Translations under genes and position numbers: made by a program | The notes under the pieces: generated by a model | Seen by the model: only the letters and a program-made list of their open reading frames with translations | Databases searched by the model: none | Told to the model about the DNA's origin: nothing | Source: Planctomycetota bacterium | GTDB lineage: Bacteria; Planctomycetota; GCA-002687715; CAIWVZ01 | Assembly: GCA_044222185.1 (NCBI GenBank) | Contig: JBGANV010000001.1 | Location: 160,001-224,000 of the forward strand | Length of the DNA: 64,000 nt | Direction of reading: 5' to 3' | Part shown: piece after piece, positions 58,926-64,000 of the stretch | Layout of the letters: each line of letters opens with the position of its first letter | Position numbering within the stretch: the first letter of the stretch is position 1

Positions 58926-60389
58926 ATGTTCGACTCCCTCTCCAAAGGCTTCCAGAGCTTCCTCCAGAAGTTCTCGGGTACGACCAAGATCACCGAAGAG
59001 AACGTCAAGGACGCTCTCCGGGAGGTCCGCGTCGCGCTGCTGGAAGCCGACGTAAACCTGGCGGTCGCCCGCGAATTCATCGAGAAAGTCCGCACCAAGG
59101 CGCTGGGCGCGGACGTGCTCACCGGGGTCAACCCGGGTCAGATGATCATCAAGATCATCCACGACGAGCTGACGGCGCTCATGGGGCCGGAGGCGGCCCA
59201 GATCCAGTTCGCGACGCCGGGGCCGACGGTCATTCTCATGGCCGGTCTCCAGGGGTCGGGCAAGACGACGACCTGCGGCAAGCTCGCCCACTTCCTCAAG
59301 AACAAGTCGAAGAAGTCCGTGATGCTGGTCGCAGCGGACCTCCAGCGTCCGGCGGCCGTCGAACAGCTCAAGGTTCTGGGGCAGGACCTGGGCGTTCCGG
59401 TGTTCGCCGAGACCGGCTTCAAGCCGCCCATCGTCTGCGAGCATGCGCTCGCGCAGGCACGTGCGAACCGCGTCGACGTCCTGATCCTGGACACGGCCGG
59501 GCGCCTCCACATCGACGACGCGTTGATGGACGAGGTCGCGGACGTCGCCCGCCGCACGGCACCGCACGAGATCTTCCTCGTGTGCGACGCCATGACCGGC
59601 CAGGACGCGGTGAATTCGGCCAAGGCGTTCAACGACCGGCTGCCGCTCACGGGAGTCATCCTCACGAAGCTCGACGGCGACGCGCGCGGTGGTGCCGCGC
59701 TTTCGGTCAAGACCGTCACGGGAAAGCCCATCAAGTTCGTCGGTCTGGGGGAGAAGCTCGACAAGCTCGATGCGTTCTACCCCAACCGGATGGCCGAGCG
59801 GATCCTCGGCATGGGCGACGTCGTCTCGCTGGTGGAGAAGGCCCAGGAGGCCATCACCCAGGAGGAGGCGAAGGCGCAGGCGGAGAAGATCTTCCTCGGG
59901 TCGTTCGATCTGGCGGACTTCCTCAGCCTCCTTCAACGCTTGAAGAAGATGGGCCCCCTGAAGGACGTCCTGGGAATGCTCCCGGGAATCGGCGCCCAGC
60001 TTCAGAACATGCCGATCGACGAGAAGGAATTCCCGCGATCGGAAGCGATCATCCTCTCCATGACCCCTCTCGAGCGGCACCACCCGGAGGTGCTCAACAC
60101 GAGCCGCCGCGAGCGAATCGCCAAGGGCGCCGGCGTCAGCCTCGAGCAAGTCAACGAAGTCATGCGCGGCTTCAAGGAACTCAAGAAGCAGTTCGCCGAG
60201 CTCAAGAAGATGGGTATCCTCGGCAGCCTGTTCGACCCGACGCGCAAGCTTCGCAAGGAAAAAGAGAAGGAACTCGTCCGCATGCAGCGCGCCGGGGTGA
60301 ACCTGTTCGACATGGATCAGGTTCGAGCGTACCGGCAATATTCGGAGCGCCAGGCGCGTGCCGAGGCGCGAAAAAAGAAACGAAAATAG
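58926..60389 (+). CDS. ffh: Signal recognition particle protein Ffh
   Basis: ALLEADVN, GLQGSGKTT, DTAGR, TKLDGDARGG, RILGMGD and SMTPLER. Confidence 0.98.
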   Translation: MFDSLSKGFQSFLQKFSGTTKITEENVKDALREVRVALLEADVNLAVAREFIEKVRTKALGADVLTGVNPGQMIIKIIHDELTALMGPEAAQIQFATPGPTVILMAGLQGSGKTTTCGKLAHFLKNKSKKSVMLVAADLQRPAAVEQLKVLGQDLGVPVFAETGFKPPIVCEHALAQARANRVDVLILDTAGRLHIDDALMDEVADVARRTAPHEIFLVCDAMTGQDAVNSAKAFNDRLPLTGVILTKLDGDARGGAALSVKTVTGKPIKFVGLGEKLDKLDAFYPNRMAERILGMGDVVSLVEKAQEAITQEEAKAQAEKIFLGSFDLADFLSLLQRLKKMGPLKDVLGMLPGIGAQLQNMPIDEKEFPRSEAIILSMTPLERHHPEVLNTSRRERIAKGAGVSLEQVNEVMRGFKELKKQFAELKKMGILGSLFDPTRKLRKEKEKELVRMQRAGVNLFDMDQVRAYRQYSERQARAEARKKKRK

Positions 60390-60398
60390 GAAGACCTC

Positions 60399-60842
60399 AT
60401 GGCAGTCCGCATTCGTCTGACCCGCACGGGTCGCTTGAACCGTCCGTTCTATCGCATCGGTGTGTACGACTCGCGCACGCGCCGCGATGGTCGGATCATC
60501 GAGCAGCTGGGCTACTACGACCCCATGCTCTCGACCGGCACCGAGTGGAAGCTCGACGTCGATCGCCTCCAGTACTGGATCGGCAAGGGCGCCAAGCCGT
60601 CCGAGATCATCACGGCGTACCTGCAAGGCGAGAAGGTCCGCTTCTACGACCGCAAGAAGATCGAGAAGCGGAACGACACGCACAGCGTCCAGCGCAAGGC
60701 GGCACGCCGGCGCACGGGCCGCACGGTGGAGGCCACGGCGAAGCCGCTGATGCCCAAGAAGCCGGGCGGGTCCGCGAAGCCGCCCGCGAAGAAGAAGGCG
60801 GCCAAGCCCGCCGCGCCGAAGAAGGAAGAGCCGAAGGCCTGA
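60399..60842 (+). CDS. rpsP: 30S ribosomal protein S16 with a Lys/Ala/Pro-rich tail
   Basis: MAVRIRLTR.G....PFYRI.V.DSR..RDG..IE.LGYYDP and YWIGKGAKPS. Confidence 0.97.
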   Translation: MAVRIRLTRTGRLNRPFYRIGVYDSRTRRDGRIIEQLGYYDPMLSTGTEWKLDVDRLQYWIGKGAKPSEIITAYLQGEKVRFYDRKKIEKRNDTHSVQRKAARRRTGRTVEATAKPLMPKKPGGSAKPPAKKKAAKPAAPKKEEPKA

Positions 60843-60857
60843 TCGCAATAGCCACTC

Positions 60858-61700
60858 GTGGACGCCAAGGCCTTCATCGCTGAAATCATCGCCGTACTCG
60901 AACCGAGGATCGGCGGTCCGCGTGAACTCGACGAGCCGCGTCCACTGGAGCAGCTGATCCTGCTGCTCCTCGCCCGGGGCTCGAACACCAAGAAGGCCCG
61001 CCAGGTCCTCAAGCGCCTGCAGACCGACTACGTCGACTGGAACGACGTCCGGGTGACGCCGATCCGCGAGATCGCGGCGAAGGTCAACTCGGTCGGGGAC
61101 AAGCACGCACTCCAGAAGGCGGAACAGATCGTCGACCTCCTGTCGATGATCTACCTGAAGTTCAACCGATTGAACCTGGACTTCCTCGCCGATCCGCATG
61201 GTGGGGACGACGCTGCGAAGAAGAAGAACAGGCTCTTCCAGTACCTCTCCGAGCGGTCGTTCGCCTACCCGGCGATGCTCACGCTTCACCGCGCGCCGAA
61301 GCCCGACGTCATCGTCGACGGCGGCCTCCCGCGGATCCTCGCACGGCTCGGACTCGTCGAGCCCAAGTCGGCGTCCACGGCGATCCGACAGCGGTTCCTC
61401 GAGTTCACGCCCGAGGCCGACGTGATCGTCGCGCAGTTCCTCCTGTACGTCCTGTCCGAGGAGTCGTGTCACGCGAAGGCTCCGGCCTGCGACGGGTGCG
61501 CGTTGAACGAGATGTGCCCGACGGGAAAACAGGAGGTCGAGCGGTCGCGCGACCGCGCCGAGGCGGCCGCCGCAGCTGAGGCCAAGGCTGCGAAGAAGCA
61601 GGCCATCGCCGACAAGAAGAAGGCCGCGGCCGCGAAGGCACAGGCGAAGTCGAAAGCCGCCAGGCCTGCTCCCAAGGTCAAGCCAAAAGCCCGCAAGTGA
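60858..61700 (+). CDS. Degenerate endonuclease III (HhH-GPD)-like protein with a 4Fe-4S motif and basic tail
   Basis: PLEQLI.., DYVDWNDVRV, IVD and CHAKAPACDGCALNEMC (Cx6Cx2Cx5C). Confidence 0.75.
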   Translation: MDAKAFIAEIIAVLEPRIGGPRELDEPRPLEQLILLLLARGSNTKKARQVLKRLQTDYVDWNDVRVTPIREIAAKVNSVGDKHALQKAEQIVDLLSMIYLKFNRLNLDFLADPHGGDDAAKKKNRLFQYLSERSFAYPAMLTLHRAPKPDVIVDGGLPRILARLGLVEPKSASTAIRQRFLEFTPEADVIVAQFLLYVLSEESCHAKAPACDGCALNEMCPTGKQEVERSRDRAEAAAAAEAKAAKKQAIADKKKAAAAKAQAKSKAARPAPKVKPKARK

Positions 61701-61801
61701 ACCGTTCCGTGCGCGACGACGTCGGCGCGCTCTCGTTCAGGTGGGTCATGCCGATCGACTCGGCCATGCGCGCGCGGGCAGGAATCGCAAACTCCTCTAA
61801 G

Positions 61802-62440
61802 ATGGGTGAGATGAACCAGCTCACGGCTCCTGGGCGCGCGAGCGATCAACGCCTCGTTCTCGCTTCCACGTCGCCCCGGCGACGCCAGCTATTGGGCGAG
61901 CGTGGGTTCACGTTCGAGGTCTTCGATCCTGCGGTGGACGAGGAGTCGGTCGTGATCCCGGATCCCGCCGAGCTGGCGGCCCACCTTGCGCGGGAGAAGG
62001 CCCGCGCCGTCGCGGCGTCCTGCGGACCGGCCTTCGTCGTCGGCGCAGACACGGTCGTCGCGGTGGACGACGAAAGCCTCGGCAAGGCCGAGGACGACGA
62101 GCACGCGCGCGAGATCCTCCGCAGACTCTCCGGCCGCACGCACCTCGTGGTCACCGGGCACTGCGTGGTGCGGACAGCCGACGGCGCCGAGATTGGCGGG
62201 GTCACGCGGACGCTCGTTTCCATGAGAGAACTGCCGGACTCGGAGATCGACGAGTACGTCGCCAGCGAGGAGTGGCTCGGAAAGGCCGGCGCCTATGGCA
62301 TCCAGGGGGCGGCACGTCGATTCATCTCCGGGTTGGACGGGCCCTTCGACAACGTGGTGGGCCTCCACGTGGATGCGATCGTCCGCGCGTTGCAGGACCT
62401 GGGATTCGAGGCGGCTCGAACGAGCGGAAGGCCGCGATGA
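61802..62440 (+). CDS. maf: Maf family nucleoside triphosphate pyrophosphatase
   Basis: LVLASTSPRRRQLL, VDEE, GADTVV, LSGRTH, KAGAYGIQG and NVVGL. Start at 61802 or 61811. Confidence 0.93.
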   Translation: MGEMNQLTAPGRASDQRLVLASTSPRRRQLLGERGFTFEVFDPAVDEESVVIPDPAELAAHLAREKARAVAASCGPAFVVGADTVVAVDDESLGKAEDDEHAREILRRLSGRTHLVVTGHCVVRTADGAEIGGVTRTLVSMRELPDSEIDEYVASEEWLGKAGAYGIQGAARRFISGLDGPFDNVVGLHVDAIVRALQDLGFEAARTSGRPR

Positions 62441-63099
62441 CCGCCGATGATCGGTTCGTGCTTCTCCTCGCAGGCCTCTTGGCGATCGCCGTGTGCGTGA
62501 CCGGCGCCCAGTTGCGGGAGCGCGGTGAGCCGGGGCTTGCCGATCGGCCGCGGATCGGACGCTCGATCGACGAGGTCACCGCCGGTCCCGATCCGGAGTT
62601 CCCGCGCCTGCAAGGATCGAGCGCGCGCCGCGCCGCCGAGTCGCGCCGCGAGGCGATGTCCCGCGTCGAAGCATTCATCGGCACTGGCAACTGGCCCATC
62701 TTCGCCAAGGCGATCGTCTTCCATCCCATCGTGGGCGACGAGCTCCCGCAATCGGATCTGGAGGAGGGGCCGCCGTTCCACGTGGTGATCTTTCCGGACG
62801 GTCGGTCGGAGTGGACGCCGCGCGGCCGTCGGAGCGCGCTCGCGTCACCCCCGGGAATACCGACCGCGGAGGCGGCGCGTGCCCTTCACGTGGTGATCCT
62901 CTCTGCGTCCTCGCCAAGCCGTGCGCGCGATGCGACCGTGCGGGCCTGGTGGTTCGTCGCGGCCGCCCGCGCCAAGAGCTCCCGCAACGCCGCTCTGTTC
63001 GCCGATGAGGTGCCCGGCTCGACTGCCGCCGTTCCGACGACTTTCGATCGGGCGAACTGCGTTCCGACTGCCGCCGAACTGGAGGAGATCCTCAAGTGA
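62437..63099 (+). CDS. Membrane-anchored hypothetical protein, possibly a degenerate Amidase_2/PGRP fold
   Basis: ATGA coupling to maf and an N-terminal TM. AIVFH...PFHVVIFPDGRSEWT resembles amidase IVIH..YHFVI..DG motifs. Confidence 0.5.
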   Translation: MTADDRFVLLLAGLLAIAVCVTGAQLRERGEPGLADRPRIGRSIDEVTAGPDPEFPRLQGSSARRAAESRREAMSRVEAFIGTGNWPIFAKAIVFHPIVGDELPQSDLEEGPPFHVVIFPDGRSEWTPRGRRSALASPPGIPTAEAARALHVVILSASSPSRARDATVRAWWFVAAARAKSSRNAALFADEVPGSTAAVPTTFDRANCVPTAAELEEILK

Positions 63100-63722
63100 A
63101 ACGGATGATGGTCTGGTTGTCGCTGGCACTTCTCGCGTGCTCGCACGCCGAGCCGGCGGACACGCACGGCGCCGGTACGGCCACCGCCGCGCCGTCGAAC
63201 TCGCCGGCGAAGGTCGACGAGCCGCGCGTGAGCGAGCTTCCGGCCGACCGTCGCGCAGGCACGACGCCACCGTCCACGGCGCCCGAAACGAAACCGGTGC
63301 CCCGTCCCGTCTCGAACGTCGTCGACATCGGGTTCGGGGACGTGACCGTACACTCGGGTCTTGCGCTGCGCTCGGCGGATCGCTCGCGCGGGCTCGGAGG
63401 TCGGACGAGCCTCGCGCCGAACGAGGGCCTGCTCTTCGTGTATCGCAACGCGGACACACACGAGTACTGGATGAAGGACTGCCTCATGGCGATCGACATC
63501 CTGTTCGTCGCCGACGACGGGAGCGTCATCGCCATGCGCACGATGGATCCGCCGAAGCCCGGCGCGAAGGACGACGAGTTGGAACGCTTCTCGAGCGGGA
63601 AGCCCTGCAGGCTCGTCCTCGAGGTGGCACCCGGATTCTCGGCCAAACATGGAATCAAGGTCGGGAGCCGACTGCTCCTCCCGTCCGACATGGCCGCGCT
63701 GTACGGAGCCGCGGACCCGTGA
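63096..63722 (+). CDS. DUF192 family lipoprotein
   Basis: Lipobox LLAC, RSRGL..R..L...EGLLFVY, YWMKDCLMAIDILFV and VLEVAPG. Confidence 0.9.
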   Translation: MKRMMVWLSLALLACSHAEPADTHGAGTATAAPSNSPAKVDEPRVSELPADRRAGTTPPSTAPETKPVPRPVSNVVDIGFGDVTVHSGLALRSADRSRGLGGRTSLAPNEGLLFVYRNADTHEYWMKDCLMAIDILFVADDGSVIAMRTMDPPKPGAKDDELERFSSGKPCRLVLEVAPGFSAKHGIKVGSRLLLPSDMAALYGAADP

Positions 63723-64000
63723 GCGAGCTGCGGGCGTGGATCCTCCTCGGCGTGACCACACTCCTCCTCGTCGTGTCGGTCGCGTTCTTCATCCACGTGG
63801 TGTCGTCCCGCATGGACGGCCGGCGTGCGGAGGCGGTGCCGGGCGACGCTCTCTACCGTGAGGTGATGAGTCGGATCGATCACGACTACGTGACCGAAGT
63901 GGATCACGAGAAGCTCGTGTACGCCGCGGTGAAGAGCCTGGTAGGCGAGCTGGACCCGCACTCCCGGCTCTACGTGCCGGGCGAGTGGGAGGACTTCCAG
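63719..64000 (+). CDS. S41 family carboxy-terminal protease, N-terminal fragment running off the window
   Basis: My translation is MSELRAWILLGVTTLLLVVSVAFF...YREVMSRIDHDYVTEVDHEKLVYAAVKSLVGELDPHSRLY, which has the CtpA-type YV...LDPHS N-terminus. GTGA overlap with the DUF192 gene. Confidence 0.8.
   Translation, partial: MSELRAWILLGVTTLLLVVSVAFFIHVVSSRMDGRRAEAVPGDALYREVMSRIDHDYVTEVDHEKLVYAAVKSLVGELDPHSRLYVPGEWEDFQ

Noticed and set aside
58866-61472. Very long antisense or alternate-frame ORFs (also 9099..10895, 14639..16372, 28522..31068, 35305..37965, 56367..58706)
   Set aside because: They are shadow ORFs from high GC3 codon bias, lie opposite well-supported genes and have no recognisable motifs.

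Overview
High-GC bacterial chromosome segment. A Planctomycetota origin is inferred from the TPR + tandem RpoA-CTD protein, the ECF/zinc anti-sigma pairs, Ser/Thr kinases, HEAT-vWA proteins and a MoxR-vWA operon. It holds about 47 protein genes. I see no rRNA, tRNA, CRISPR array or mobile element. Housekeeping genes are speA, argS, typA, a Glu/Leu/Phe/Val dehydrogenase, rho, rpmH, ruvA, ffh, rpsP and maf. Accessory blocks are a 15-kb MoxR/DUF58/BatA/giant vWA-TPR operon, a pseudokinase-STAND-TPR plus hybrid histidine kinase pair, and a GldA/F/G-DUF4340 ABC module. The top finding is that the two minus-strand ORFs 42628..43005 and 41221..42612 lie in one reading frame, separated by a single TGA in the context W-L-[TGA]-L-C and followed by a bacterial SECIS-like hairpin. 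They most likely encode one exported 594-aa selenoprotein with a U-x-C motif and a C-terminal DsbD-N-like Cx4C domain. Other notable items are a Rho with a Gly/Arg- and Gln-rich disordered N-terminus, a circularly permuted parvulin, an internal signal-peptide-like site in the giant vWA-TPR protein, and several degenerate pseudo-enzymes. All family calls come from motif recognition by eye; no database searches were run.
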